DNA of 63,279 nucleotides, the filler included, from Welwitschia mirabilis (lineage: Eukaryota), in the NCBI GenBank assembly GCA_051453625.1. It is 3 parts of one record of this genome, joined end to end, with 100 filler letters (N's around TTAATTAATTAA, not from the genome) between each part and the next. Parts side by side here need not be neighbours in the genome. Positions count along the whole stretch, not along the records: positions 1 to 19,427 come from JBOZIK010000001.1; positions 19,528 to 43,278 come from JBOZIK010000001.1; 1 more part is not named here. One strand, given 5' to 3'. This document shows positions 13,774 to 27,072 of the stretch, one piece after another (position 1 is the stretch's first letter; each line of letters starts with the position of its first letter). The position numbers and the translations under genes are program-made. The notes under the pieces are model-generated. The model saw only the letters and a program-made list of their open reading frames with translations, did no database searches and had not been told where the DNA came from.

Positions 13774-14454
13774 TCAAAGCTTCAGCGAATGACTACACTG
13801 CTGCTCGACCAGGCTTCCGGCCGGCACCGCCACCGTCAAGTTGCAGACGGAGTATGACACCGCGTGGTGACGGAACACGCCAAGGACGTTAACGCGCCCG
13901 GCGACACGCGTGGTTGTGGAGAGCGGAATCTTGCCGGAAAGCGCGTCCTTCAGGATCCGGCCGTCCGAAAGCAGGTTGCGGCCGCCGATGAGAACAAGCG
14001 TAACGTTCATATCAACGGAAGATCCCGCGGGTAGTTTTCCAGCCGGTATGTCGGCATCGCCGACCAGGTTCCCGCGGTAAAAGACCTCCGCTGTGCTGTT
14101 GCCGAACCTGAAGCTGGCATGGTTTGGGTTCCGGACCAAGACGCCAAGCCGCAGGGTGACATTCAGATCGATGCTGAGGAGCGCAGGGTCGATCTTGGCA
14201 TGGAAATGGTCGACGGCAACTGAGTTAACACTAATGTCGGGGTCTTTTGGTTTCAGCACCGTTGCGGCGACGATGACGAGGATGAGGAGCGCGAGAAGTA
14301 CGAGCGCGAATATTCCGGCGAGAGCCCACAGGATATGCCGTCTGCGCCGGCGGCGCGCTGTCACGGCGTCGTGCAGCGGCTTCTCAGAGTGGATGTTCAT
14401 TGTCTGCGGCGACGCCCGGCGTCCGTCGGCGTCGTCTAGCTTAGGCTTCTCCAT
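13774..14454 (-). CDS. Late embryogenesis abundant LEA_2 / NDR1-HIN1-like (NHL) protein, 226 aa, intronless
   Basis: Intact ORF with a basic RRRRRR patch and one hydrophobic TM helix. It has KPKDP, then LNVTL...VRNPNHASFRF...VFYRG..VG, GRVNVLG and a C-terminal C..C pair, all typical of LEA_2/NHL. GC/CpG-rich with a good start context (GCGGCCATGG). Confidence 0.95.
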   Translation of the reverse strand: MEKPKLDDADGRRASPQTMNIHSEKPLHDAVTARRRRRRHILWALAGIFALVLLALLILVIVAATVLKPKDPDISVNSVAVDHFHAKIDPALLSIDLNVTLRLGVLVRNPNHASFRFGNSTAEVFYRGNLVGDADIPAGKLPAGSSVDMNVTLVLIGGRNLLSDGRILKDALSGKIPLSTTTRVAGRVNVLGVFRHHAVSYSVCNLTVAVPAGSLVEQQCSHSLKL

Positions 14455-14493
14455 GGCCGCGATTTGCTGGCTTGGGCGTTGGGCCGGGGGTGG

Positions 14494-14515
14494 TATTTAA
14501 TTGGGGCCAATTGGT
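14494..14515 (-). promoter_or_regulatory. Possible core promoter (TTAAATA TATA-like plus CCAAT) of the LEA_2 gene
   Basis: The minus strand reads CCAATTGGCCCCAATTAAATACC about 40 nt upstream of the ATG. Position-based only. Confidence 0.3.
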
Positions 14516-14889
14516 GGTTTGGAGTTACGTTGGATTCTTGCGCATTAATGAATGAGGGTTTTCGGCGGGCGTGGCATCGCTTGGTGATCACGGGATGGGG
14601 GTGTGGGTGTTGGTTTAGTCTTTGCTTTAATTTTGGAGGTTCATGCCGTCCCTGTTGCCTTCGCTTCCTCTGAGCTCTTTAAACGCGGGTTTTTATTTAG
14701 TTAAGCAAATTTGTAAATGTCAGTAGGTTTTCGTCTCCAGCAAGACACATTATCATAACTATCTTGTTTATGTTTTTTTATAAAAAGGGGGATTTAATAA
14801 TATTATATATGGATTTCTATAAAATCAAATTAATTTATTGATATGTGGTAGCAATTAGTGTTGACAAATGAGAATGTTGACCAAACAAG

Positions 14890-14965
14890 AGTGTCCTGTT
14901 TGGGAATTGAACCTAGGACCTCTTGAATTATGTGGACGAGACTATTTTTTATGAATTAACTCCAG
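14890..14965 (-). mobile_element. tRNA-derived (SINE-head-like) remnant
   Basis: Minus strand GAGGTCCTAGGTTCAATTCCC is a variable loop plus Pol III B-box, similar to AAGGTCCTAGGTTTAAATCC at 52870-52889. No full cloverleaf. Confidence 0.45.
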
Positions 14966-15032
14966 AAATGCTAAACTACTTTTTATGAATTAACTCGAGA
15001 AATGATAAAACCTATAAATGTGAATTTGTCAA

Positions 15033-15060
15033 AGGCTTGTAGCTCAAGTGGTTAAGAGAT
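15033..15060 (+). other. tRNA 5'-half-like fragment (A-box)
   Basis: GGCTTGTAGCTCAAGTGGTTAAGAG matches a tRNA D-arm/A-box. No B-box follows. Confidence 0.35.
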
Positions 15061-16199
15061 ATGGTATAAGTCTTCACTTGAGGGAAATGCCAAAGACATA
15101 TGTAAGATTGCTAAAGTGATAACTGAAAATGCTTATGCCTTTTTGTTCATGTTCTCTAATTCCCTTTATGAAGGGGACATTAGTAACCAAACCTTCACTT
15201 GAAAGGACAACCATCATAATCATTGAAACCAATTATTTAATTATGTTTAGGGACTCATAATCCATTAAATAGGGCATCCAAAAGTTTGAATCCATCACCT
15301 TTTAAATGAAGAAAGAGTCTCTTTGGTTGGGCTACTACTCCATTGGTTTCAATTCCCTTATTACTTTGGAAGAGAGGAAGGGACAGAGGGTGTGGGTGTG
15401 TTAAAACTTGTAATACCTACACCTTTCTTCAAAAGTATATCCACTAAGATTATCCAAATGAATGATTTAGTTACACCCCACGTTCCAGAACAGGCAAGTA
15501 GGACATTCCTTGCGTACTGGTAGAGAACACAAATGATCCAAGGCAAGTGCTAAGTTTAAAATATATTCCTTTCCACCTGAAAGAAGGATATATATATTAA
15601 ATATAAATATTTTGAATATTTTCATATAAACTAAGCTATGAATTGAATGCTATATAACTCTTTTTCCAAGGGGTGTGGGACACAAAAAGAGGAATTTAAT
15701 ATCAACCTTCCAAAACACCCAAAATAAATAGTAAGTACAAGGTTAACAAATATGTGACAAAGCTCTAAAATACTAAGCTTGAAAAACAAAAAATATGTTG
15801 TAACTACGTAATACATCATCATAATCAAATATAAACTCTTTGAAAGTTATAAAAGAGCTTTGAACAACCTTTACTACATACTCCTCAAGTGATATAAAAC
15901 CACTCTTACAGTCTTTACTTTGGCCATTAGTTGTAGGCTATGTGTAAGGTTGATACCAAGGTTTGAACAAAATGAATATGTTGTGAAACAACCAAATTCT
16001 AGTAGGCACATAGGAAACTGAGCAATGCCCATCCACCTAATGCTCTAGTAGTTAGAAGAAATACCTAATATCCAACTAAACATTTGCTAACCTAAATCTC
16101 AAATCTATTAAAGTAGAGTTATCAGTTCTCTAAAAATTATAACTGCATCAATATTTTCAAGTGCAAAATGGATGTATGGTCTAAAATACTTCTAAGGGA

Positions 16200-17400
16200 A
16201 GAAATAATGTCTTGAATATTTCGTAAATCTTCAAGAAGAATCTACTTTACTTTGTATAAAATCCTTACAAAAGTATAAGAAGCCACACCCAAGTGTTTTG
16301 AGGGAACTATGTTTACTATTATAGAAAGAGCAAGAAGTAATTGCAAAAACCATGTAGAAAAGCCTTCTACCAAGAGGTAAACCTTGATGGAAGAGGTGCC
16401 AAAAAAATTGTTGTTGTTTTGGTAAGGCAATCAATTTCTAGATGCTTGAGGTTTTGATATTCATTGTCTCTCCAATTCTAAGGTATACAATAATTTATCA
16501 CATTCTTCTTAATGGATACATCTTCCAAAAGCATATAATAAGATCTTTTTGTGATTTATAAGGATAAAAAGGACTACCATTTTCCCTCTATATTAAGTTT
16601 TGATGTAAAACATAATTAACCTAAATAGTAAATGCATTGGAAACCTAGTAAATAAAGTTTAAAAAATACATTTGAGCCACAATAGACTTGCCAAAAGTAT
16701 TTTAATAAAATCCATTACTTATTCAAAACAAAAAATTAAATAGAAACCATACCCTTATTAAACGGATGATTTGCAAACCATGGTTTTAAAGAAGTAGCTA
16801 AAATGCCATTTATTACTTCTTGCAACATAGAAGAAGGAACAAAAAATTGTTTCAAATAATCTTCTTATAGATTATTTTCTATGCTATCTAGACTTTTTCC
16901 TAGGACAACAAATCCATGAATCTTAACATCCATTAGAAACTTAAACTCATTAAAAGGATGAATACTCTTTTAGCTTGTTCTATTCTTTGAAAAAGTAGTC
17001 TTTGATTATTCAAAAACTAAGTCATACTAACTTTTTGTGGAGTTAAAACAATTATTTAACAACTTATCATAGGGGAAGATACCTCATCAAAAGTATTCAA
17101 AAAGGCCAAAACCTTCTATTTTCTTACTTAAGTAATAAATCCTTCATGCAACTTTGTAAATTTTTTTATCATTGTTAGCTGACCCTATCAAATCACAAAG
17201 AAACCTTTTAATTTTCTTATAGCTTGAAGTAGTAGAATCCCAACAAGAGAAATGATAGACATGACTAACAAATAAAATACTTTTACACACTGAGTACTTC
17301 CTATCCATTATGAGCTTTTTAGCTTTTCATTGATCAACTGTAAAAGCTAATTTATTAATAGTAAAGCGCATAGCTTCTTAGAAGTTTCTTGAAAAGAAAA
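16200..17400 (-). mobile_element. Degenerate L1-clade LINE, 3' part (post-RT region and zf-RVT)
   Basis: Minus strand reads Q*KAKKLIMDRKYSVCKSILFVSHVYHFSCW...YKKIKRFLCD...KVA*RIYYLSKKIEGFGL, then PKQQQFFWHLFHQGLPLGRRL (ORF 16231-16434). Confidence 0.75.
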
Positions 17401-18589
17401 GAAATTTCCAAAATTTAAATCATCTCATTATCTTAAACAATTTCTTACTATTTAGAAATAAATCCATGTTTAATTTTGAAAAGATTAAATACTAAATACT
17501 TTTTGCAATTGATCTTAAAACTAAAAAGAGAAAAATAAAGATCAATCCTTGAAGTAGCTAATTAATGTGAGAGAGAGAATTCTTGATAAAAAAGGAGTTT
17601 ATAATAAAGTGCATGTTAATGAGATACTTTTGATTTCCACTGATACACTATTATAACCCACATTTTGTAAACTTTAATTAGTAATCATAATGATATGATT
17701 ATGAGAGTTTCTAAAGTATGTAATACATTTTGATATTAATTTTAATGAAAATACTTTTTCCCCCCTTTAATGAGAATCAATGTGTAACCCTACAATCAAT
17801 AATATGTCATATTTTTTATGTCAAACATATATTTTGATAATAAATACTCATCAAATTACTTAATTATTTAATCTCAGTTTTGGGTAATTTTATTATTATA
17901 AGAATTTTAATACTAAATAAACATATTTATAATTAGGCAAGTCATTTACATGGTTAAAAAGTTAAATTGAAAAATCTATATAGAAAAGTATTGTCTTGAT
18001 GTAAAATAATATCTACAAAAATGGCATGTGATATATTTATTTTGACCATGTATCCATGTGCCTTCTTCAAATCTAAAGAGAAACTAAAATTATTTAGTAA
18101 AAGTAAAAGAATAATAAGTAAGAGTATAATGTTCAATTATGATTTTTTTTTTACATTTAATTATGACATTTTCTTATATCTCATTATGACATTTTTCTTA
18201 CATTCAATTATGGCATTCCTCTCTTGTGATTTGTGTTATTGATATGATAGATCATGAAGAGTGTAAACATGTAAATAAGGATATGCACTTTTATTCTTAA
18301 ATCAAAAAGAATAAATAAGTAGAATTTATTCTACCATGACTTTTATCCTTATTAATATTTGTAGAAGTTTGTGTTACATGACAATTTTGAAATTGGCGCA
18401 TTTGTTCTTTCAATGCATTTTAAATATGTTTCGGATTAATTATAAGCCTATGAAGGATTAAGAAGGAACTAGCATGAGGAAATAATGCATGTAATTAATC
18501 TTGTTAATTAAAGTAAGAAGATTACTCACCCAAATTAGGTGCATGAGTCATAAATAAGATTCCTTTTGTTTTTCATATATCACTTTCAC

Positions 18590-18816
18590 CTCTTACACAA
18601 GCTCTTACAACTTCTTATTGATTAGTCTTATCAATGTCACTTCTACACAAGCTCATATAACTTGTCAATTATCAATCTTATCATTGTCATACACATGTCC
18701 AAATCACTTTTACATAAAGTCTATCCAACTTGTCATTGATCAATCTTATCATTTTCATACATGTCAATGTCACTTTACACAAGTCCATCCAACTTGTCAT
18801 TGATTAATCTTATCAA
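18590..18816 (+). repeat. Imperfect tandem repeat inside the LTR, about 4 units
   Basis: Recurring CAC(TT)TACACAAG...CAACTTGTCATTGATTAATCTTATCA units. Confidence 0.7.
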
Positions 18817-19427
18817 GTAACAGAGCTTTCTTTTATATTGTGTGTAAAACTATGTAGATGATATTTAACTAATTATATCAAATATCTTTAGTATGCCATC
18901 TATCTATAAATAAAGCCGTATGCCTTATCCTCAAACTAGTATTCTTGAAGTAAGTTTATGCTACCAAATTTTCTTCTCAATCTTCCTTCCTCTTGACTGT
19001 GGAATTGAAGCTTAGAGCTTAGTGCTAGGAGCTTGAAGCTTAGAGCTTAGAGCTTGAAAGCTTGGAGATAGAATCTTAGAGCTTAGTACTTCTTCAATCT
19101 TCTTTAAGGATAATTAATCTTCTTCTCTCCAACTAAGTTCTTCTTTTATGAGCATTTAGTTTCATTTCTTGCATTAGTCCTATGCAGATGCTTTGCATTT
19201 TTTCCCTTCCATTGTCTAATACTAAGAGAATGGATAGATTTAAGAGATCTCTTTACATACTTATTTAATGGATTTACCAATGGTTATAAACATATTTTCT
19301 TCCCTCCCATTGCCATAGACTAAGGTAAGGGAAAGAGTTGAGGGACCTCTTAACATGCTTAGCTTTATGTGTCTAATGGATATTTTGGCCAAGTGCTTAG
19401 GGGGTTCACTATAATTTTGGGTACCCA

Positions 19428-19527
19428 NNNNNNNNNNNNNNNNNNNNNNNNNNNNNNNNNNNNNNNNNNNNTTAATTAATTAANNNNNNNNNNNNNNNNN
19501 NNNNNNNNNNNNNNNNNNNNNNNNNNN
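19428..19527. other. Artificial contig linker (44 N + TTAATTAATTAA + 44 N)
   Basis: Exactly 100 nt, with a six-frame-stop palindrome at 19472-19483. Identical to 43279-43378. Confidence 0.95.
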
Positions 19528-20300
19528 CTATTCTTACATTTGTACGGTGTATTCATTCAACTAAACCAAGATAATCTCAATAATTATTTATCCCCATACT
19601 TGGATTTCATCACCAAAGTGGGTTGCAATGTACTTTTATTTCCAAGCGCTTCTAGAAGTGGATTTGACCATCACTATTCTACCCTACCCATGCATGAACT
19701 TACTCCAACTTAATATCTTGATCCCTTCTTATCAAAGGATCATGTTGCATTATCCTGCGATGCTTTAAGGAAGTAAGGGTCACTTGTAAGCAAGCATCCA
19801 CATCAAGTACCATCTATCGCCTCTATCAAGAGTATATTGAGATAAAGTATAAGCCTATGGAGTTGAGCCAACCCATGTTTGTATAGTCTAGAACTTGAAA
19901 TAGAAGTAACTCACATTTGAAGTGTGGCAGATATTGAGTTGGAATGCTACTAATAGAAGATGCAACCTCCTATTTTATTGGTTAGACACTATCCTAAAAC
20001 TTATTCATTGTGTGTGATCAAACAAATTAACATCCCATCAACTTTATACAAGATATTTTTATGTGGAGAACACAAAAGTTAAAAATAAATATAGGACACA
20101 ATTTTAACATCGTTATTGTATGCAAACCAAAAGGGTCTATAGTTAAGTAATAATTATGTTATCTAATTATTTTAAATTTTATATTATGTTAATAAGGTTC
20201 AAATAGGATTTGATCCTAGGTTCCGTTATGCATGTTAGTTTATAATGCTTAAAGAAAAGTTATGGTTAATTAGGGTAATTAAAGTTAGGGTGTTACATAA

Positions 20301-20312
20301 TGGTATCAAACC
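20301..20312 (+). promoter_or_regulatory. Primer binding site (tRNA-iMet type)
   Basis: TGGTATCAAACC versus canonical TGGTATCAGAGC, 3 nt after the LTR end. Confidence 0.8.
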
Positions 20313-21888
20313 TTAGATTAACTTAAANNNNNNNNNNNNNNNNNNNNNNNNNNNNNNNNNNNNNNNNNNNNNNNNNNNNNNNNNNNNNNNNNNNNNNNNN
20401 NNNNNNNNNNNNNNNNNNNNNNNNNNNNNNNNNNNNNNNNNNNNNNNNNNNNNNNNNNNNNNNNNNNNNNNNNNNNNNNNNNNNNNNNNNNNNNNNNNNN
20501 NNNNNNNNNNNNNNNNNNNNNNNNNNNNNNNNNNNNNNNNNNNNNNNNNNNNNNNNNNNNNNNNNNNNNNNNNNNNNNNNNNNNNNNNNNNNNNNNNNNN
20601 NNNNNNNNNNNNNNNNNNNNNNNNNNNNNNNNNNNNNNNNNNNNNNNNNNNNNNNNNNNNNNNNNNNNNNNNNNNNNNNNNNNNNNNNNNNNNNNNNNNN
20701 NNNNNNNNNNNNNNNNNNNNNNNNNNNNNNNNNNNNNNNNNNNNNNNNNNNNNNNNNNNNNNNNNNNNNNNNNNNNNNNNNNNNNNNNNNNNNNNNNNNN
20801 NNNNNNNNNNNNNNNNNNNNNNNNNNNNNNNNNNNNNNNNNNNNNNNNNNNNNNNNNNNNNNNNNNNNNNNNNNNNNNNNNNNNNNNNNNNNNNNNNNNN
20901 NNNNNNNNNNNNNNNNNNNNNNNNNNNNNNNNNNNNNNNNNNNNNNNNNNNNNNNNNNNNNNNNNNNNNNNNNNNNNNNNNNNNNNNNNNNNNNNNNNNN
21001 NNNNNNNNNNNNNNNNNNNNNNNNNNNNNNNNNNNNNTAGAATTTATTATATATATAGTTACCTTAATTACCTAATAATGATAAAGTAAATTATATCTAT
21101 CATAATCCTATTTAGTGAATCATCTTGAAGTTAGTTATATTTAAGTTAATCCCCATTTTATAAGCAAAAATGAAATTAATCATATTTATAACAACCTTAA
21201 AATAATCATGAATTTAATTATATCTATAATGGTTCTAATCTTAAATAATCATGAATTTAATGATGGTTCTAACCCATAAATGATTAACTAAATTACACTT
21301 ATCTTAACCTTAATAGCCATGTAGTAATTATGCTCATGATAATCCTAGTTACTAAATAATTGTAGCTATGAAAATCATAATGATTAATTAATCATAAAGT
21401 TGATATACCCATGATAATATTAACCCCAAAATAACCATTAAGTTGATTATATCAATGCTAAATGTAATTCTTAAGCAATCTTACATAGAAAATTAGTGCT
21501 TAATAAATCTTATTAACTTATGGATAGAGATAATGGTCTTTACTTATGAAAATCATAATCTCATATGTTAGCTTATAGAGCTTGATTATTTTAATAAAAA
21601 CATGAATGAATATATCATAAGTACATATACCCTTTATATATATAATCATATAATGTTATATAATTTCCCCCATGATTTCTAATTCTAAATCCTATAAGAA
21701 ACTTATGAGTCTAATAGAACAAAGCCCTTTATGTGTGAGAAAAAGGAATTAACTTAATTATTTAATTTAAATTAATTACCTAATGGTCATAACACAATCT
21801 TTATTAACAACATATGAACTTCAACTTTTAATCTAATATTTATCATCTTATCAACTAAATTTGATAATGATTTTTTTACTTCTTCCAA

Positions 21889-23672
21889 ATGACTCGTCGT
21901 CGTTAACAAGTCTTGGGGCTAATTCAATTGCACCAACTAGTCAATAACAAGATAACTCAAGGACTAATCAACAACATAATGATGGAAATCAATCTCCTAT
22001 TACTCTTAATCTAGAGGCATTAATGAGTTCGTTCATGCAATTTCTATTACAAACGGTAAATCAAGATTAAAACCCACAAATAAACAATGGTGTCAATCAA
22101 CCTAATAAGGATGTGGATATGAGGAAGTTAATTCAAACATTTATTAAGTTAAATCCACCAAATCTTATAGGAGGTTCAGATCCACCTAAACCAGAAGCAT
22201 GGCTAAGTGATGCTGAAAAGATTATAAGTACCTTAGGATGTGATGAATATGAAAAGGCTTCTTTAGCTATTTACATGTTACAAGAAGAAGCTAAGCTATG
22301 GTGGAAAACAAAGACAGCAAAGTTAGGTGAGATGGAAATTTTATGGGAAGAGTTTGAGCACGTATTTAAAAAAAATATATATTACCAAGTTCTACATTTG
22401 TCAAAAGGTTACTGAATTCTAAAATCTTAGGTAAGCACTTAATGTGACCATAGCTTCTCATGAATGTAAATTTGTGGAACTATTAAGATATGTATCACAT
22501 ATGCATCTTGATGAAGAAGCTAAAGTAAATCTTTTCATTGATAATCTACTTCCTTCAGTTGGTGTTAAAGTATCTATGTTCTAATCTAAAACTTAGAACT
22601 TTATCTGAGGCTATAGAGAAAGCAAAAATAGCAAAGTAAACTTGCCAAAGACAATAAGAAAACAAGAAACAAATTCCTCCTAAGGATTCCAGCTTCAAGG
22701 GAAATCAATCACATGTGTTTCATTATAATAACACTTGGAATGTCAATAGGGGTAATGTTTCTAATAATAATAGTAGAAATAGGAATTTCAACCAAAATAA
22801 GCATGCACCATTTAATAGGAATTTGATGTTTCCAGTCAAAGTCATATGAGTAATCAATCACAGAGATCCAATTTTAAGCAAAATCCTAGTCAAAGTCATT
22901 ATCAAGGCCAGTCTAATAATGGCTTTTAATGCTTTAATTGTAAAGAAAACAACAGGGTTAAAGAATGTCCATTACTTATTAAGAGCAATCCCTAGACAAT
23001 AAACAGAAAATGCTCAAGTATCAAGTACTGTTTGGTAACTAATATCGAGCAAATCATTATTTTATATCTCCTAGAGTTGTTCTAGGAGAAAAATGATGTT
23101 GTACTCCAATTGAGGGATTTATAGAGCTTGCAAATAGATCCATAACTAAGGTTAATCATCAAGTTCAAAATTGTATTTTATTTATAAGTGAGGGATATTT
23201 TTAGATTTAACTAATTGTTATCAATCTAGGAAAATATGATGTTGTTTTGGGCATGAATTGATTGATATAGAATAAGGCTATTATAGATTGTAAGAAGTAT
23301 CAAGTAGAGATGTCAAATCATGGATAAAGAATAATCTTTCAAGGTCAATTCAAATTAGCTGTGATTAACTTGATTAAAGCCAAGCATATAAAGAGGAAAC
23401 TTAAGAAGGAATCATTAGTTTATATGCTTTGTTTACAATCAGCTAACATAAAGGAAGGAGGAACTTCAGTAGGGAATATACTAATAATCCAAAATTATCT
23501 TAATGTATTTATAACAGAACTACCAGGAATGTTACCTATTCTAGAAGTTGAGTTTTCTATTGATTTAATTTCAAGAACTCAACCTATTTCCAATACACCT
23601 TATAGAATGTCTCCTACAGAAATGAAAGAATTAAAAATTTAGCTTGAAGAACTTCTACAAAAAGGTTTTATT
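21889..23672 (+). pseudogene. Tekay/Del gag-protease-RT start, degenerate (copy A, ends at gap)
   Basis: FIKLNPP..GGSDP..PEAWL..AEKI..LGC..A.YMLQEEAKLWWK (Retrotrans_gag). Zinc-knuckle remnant CFNC near 22930, YDVVLGMN*L, and LPGMLP..VEFSIDL..TQPIS.TPYRMSPTEMKELK. Confidence 0.9.
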
Positions 23673-23772
23673 NNNNNNNNNNNNNNNNNNNNNNNNNNNN
23701 NNNNNNNNNNNNNNNNNNNNNNNNNNNNNNNNNNNNNNNNNNNNNNNNNNNNNNNNNNNNNNNNNNNNNNNN

Positions 23773-25641
23773 AGTAAAGATGTGTTATATGCCATAAAGA
23801 TAAGATAATTAGGATAATTAGGAAAAAGAGAGGATGTAGGAATTTTAGTAAAATCTTACTAATCTTTAGAAATTTTCAAAGATTTTGGAGTATGTAAATA
23901 AGAAATAGTAAATGCATGAATAATTGTCTTGCTCAATTAAATAAATAATTTTTTCTTTCTTATCTTAAGTTTTTGAGTACTTTCTTAAAAAAAATACCTT
24001 TCACAATTGTATTTACTTTTGCTACTATTTATCATTACCCTATAAGATCAAATTATGTCCAACAAACTTTTTTACATTCAAGTGGCATCAATCTCTAAGA
24101 TCACTTAAAGATGCAACGAATCTGATATACCAAATGAATGTGGTAATCACATAGATCATGTAAAGATCAAAGTTTAGGTGAAGTTTGTTGCAAATAATAA
24201 TCAATGTGGTAATCCCCAAGATCACACAAAGTATAAGCAGTATACCTAATAGATTACTGAATTAAAATATGAATTCTTAAAATTACAATTGAAAGTAAAT
24301 AAAAAAAATTACAAGAAATAAAAATTACAATTTATAAGAAAGCAAATTAAAGTAAACTTCAAATGGATAATCAAATAATTACTTGTAGACCAAAAGGTAA
24401 TCAAGAAATTAAAAGTAGATCCAAAAGCAAAAAATATAATACTCAAACAAACAAATTAAATTGAATTTAAAATACTTACTTTAGTAATGATAATATTCCT
24501 TTTTCTCTTGAAGTCTTCCCTAGTAATGACGCCAAAATTTTCTAATGCATATTTATGCTTCTAGTTCCAATATTATAAAGATCAAATTTAACTTGTAACA
24601 TATAAAAAGCTAATAATCTAGTTTCACGCAATACACATTTGTATAGTGGGATCAACCCAAATGTCATACACTTAGAGAAGACTTCTAAAATAAAATATAA
24701 GAAATTGATTTAGAGAGAGAAGAATAACATATTTTAAAATTTTGCTTTGAAGGAAATAAAATTGAAAAATGCAAAGATGAGAATGGAATACAATGCAATG
24801 GAATGAAATGAAATGCAATGTAATGAATGTAGTTCTAATGTAATGAATTAATTAAACTTCCAATCTATTATTACTTAGATTAGTCCTTATAACCTATTTT
24901 AATTACAAATTCATGTCACTTAAATGGTAATTAAGATAAGATATAAGGAAGAACAATAAAACATTTAAAAATATTTTAATTCAATAAATACCTTTATTAA
25001 TGAAATTGAAGTATATCCACTTATGACAATAACTCCTCAATGAAAGATTCACTACCTAACACAAAGGTGATTCTTCTCATAACTAGGATGGATATCCTTA
25101 CCTCCAATAATTTTTAATCGTCACAAGAATGTAGATGACAAAATATGATTTTGAATAGGGTTTGAAAGGGTCTATTTATAAGTTGGGATAGGTTGCTAAA
25201 GGGTTTAAAATGAAGAGGTACAACTTAGATCCACCCTTTTATAACAATTTAATTAACTTTACAAATTATTTTAACTATCATTCCTTGTGTCATCCCCATA
25301 ATAGAGAGGACGATACTCCATCTGCTAACTAATTCTTAGCATGTGTCAAAAATACTAACTATCATTCCAGTTATCGTTGCCACGACACAGAGGATGATCA
25401 TACTTTTCTGACTGCTATCCCCTCTGTCATTCCCTTAACATAGAGAATGATTAATGTATCTTTATCACATTGCTTGGGTTCATCATTATTCAAAAATGGC
25501 TTCTTATTTGAAAAGTTATTACATCTTTTGATCTATATGGGAGCTTCATAGAATTTTCATGAATCCCTAGAAAATCTTGTCAATAGGACCTAAAAATGTA
25601 CTCCACAAGTATATTAAATAAGTTAAGTTAGCATCACAACA
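23773..25641 (-). mobile_element. Athila-like 5' LTR (~24539-25641), PBS and 5' internal region, antisense, abutting Tekay gag
   Basis: The minus strand starts TGTTGTGATGCTAACTT at 25641 (compare 49353), with internal matches to the other LTRs. A PBS follows. Confidence 0.8.
24517..24534 (-). promoter_or_regulatory. Athila-type PBS (tRNA-Asp)
   Basis: TGGCGTCATTACTAGGGA versus canonical TGGCGCCGTTGCCGGGGA. The 5 mismatches are all transitions. Confidence 0.8.
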
Positions 25642-27072
25642 CATCGTAATAAGAATTAGAATGTCAATAGGACCAAAAGAAGCATGTATCATTCAAGAGG
25701 AATTAGAATATTTGCAATTTGATTCATATGAGCAATCAACCATAAAGATCCAATTTTAGGCAGAATCCTAGTCAAAGTCATTATTAAGGTCAATCTAATA
25801 ATGGCTTTCGATGTTACACTTATAAAATAAATCACAAGATTAAAGAATATCCATTAATTACTAAGAGCTAGCCTAGACAATAATCAAAAAATCCTCAAGG
25901 ATTACATACCATTTAGTAATTAATTAGATGACTTGGATCAGTAATAGATAATCAAATGGTACAATTTTAGAGCTCAATCATAGAAGGTAAAGCTTTACTT
26001 AATAATATAGAAATAATTATTTTACTTAATTATGGAGTAACTCATTGCTTTGTATTCCTTAGAGTTGTTTTCAAATAAAAAGTATATTATACTCTAATTG
26101 AGTAATGCCTAGAGCTTCCAAACGAGTCCATAATTAAAGTTAATCATTAGATCCAAAATTGTACTTTATCTATAATTGGACGATATTTCTAGATTCAACC
26201 AATTATTGTCAATCTAGGAAAATATGATCATGAATTAGTTGTTGTGAGATAAGGCAGTTATAAAAAGTAAGAAGTATCAAGTAGAGATGATAAATTATGG
26301 GCAAATAATAACCTTTCAAGGTTAATCCAAATCAATTAGGAATAACTTAATTAAAGACAAGCATATAAAGAGGAAAATCAAGAAGACATCATTAGTTTGT
26401 ATACTTTGTCTAAAATTAGCTAACATAAAGAAAGGAGAAACTACAGTGGAAAATATACTAATAATCCAAGATTATCTTGATGTATTTATAACAGAATTAC
26501 TAGGAATGTCATCTGTTCAAGAAGTTGAGTTTGCTATTGATTTGCTCTCAAGAACTTAACCTATATCGAAGGCACCATATAGAATGTCTCCTACAGAAAT
26601 GAAAGAATTAAAAATTTAGCTTGAAGAACTTCTACAAAAAGGTTTTATTCATCCTAGTGTATTACCATGGGGTGCATCAATGTTGTTTGTAAAGAAAAGG
26701 GATGAAACACTTAGGTTATGCATTAATTATAGATAGTTAAATAAAGTTACAATTAAGAACAAGTATCCATTCCCAAGAATAGATGACCTCTTTGACCAAC
26801 TCAAGAAAGCCAAGTTATTTTTTAAAGTTGATTTAAAATCTGGATATCATCAAGTTTGAATTAAAAAAGAAGGCATTTACAAAATAGCCTTCAGAACTCA
26901 GTATGGGCACTATGAGTTTACTGTGATGCCTTTTAGTTTAACTAATGCTCTTGCAATATTTATGAGCCTTACAAATCACATCTTCCAAACATATCTTAAC
27001 TTATTTGTAATTTTTTTCATTGATAACATTCTCATTTATTCTAAGTCTTATGAGAAACATGAGAAACACTTG
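25642..27072 (+). pseudogene. Tekay gag C-terminus, protease and RT N-half (copy B)
   Basis: Diverged copy of 22730-23672. Continues [53 protein letters not shown]...DLKSGYHQ...YGHYEFTVMPF..IDNILIYSKS.EKHEKHL. Confidence 0.92.

Larger units (their letters stand above)
17649..20297 (+). repeat. Tekay/Del chromovirus 5' LTR (spans an assembly linker)
   Basis: Starts TATTATAACCC (TG>TA) and is colinear with 42870-43278. Ends GGGTGTTACA just before the PBS. Confidence 0.75.

Noticed and set aside
14093..14673. Plus-strand ORFs of 135 aa and 69 aa overlapping or adjoining the LEA_2 gene
   Set aside because: Shadow ORFs of GC-rich sequence with no recognisable motifs.
15033..15110. Possible tRNA gene
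   Set aside because: Only an A-box/D-arm is present, with no anticodon arm, T-arm or acceptor pairing.
15790..16030. Minus-strand LGINL…TNGQ resembling an integrase core
   Set aside because: Single weak motif adjoining a LINE tail, which could be chance.
19472..19483. Perfect palindrome TTAATTAATTAA between N runs (also 43323-43334)
   Set aside because: Identical 44N+12+44N construct, so an assembly linker rather than biology.
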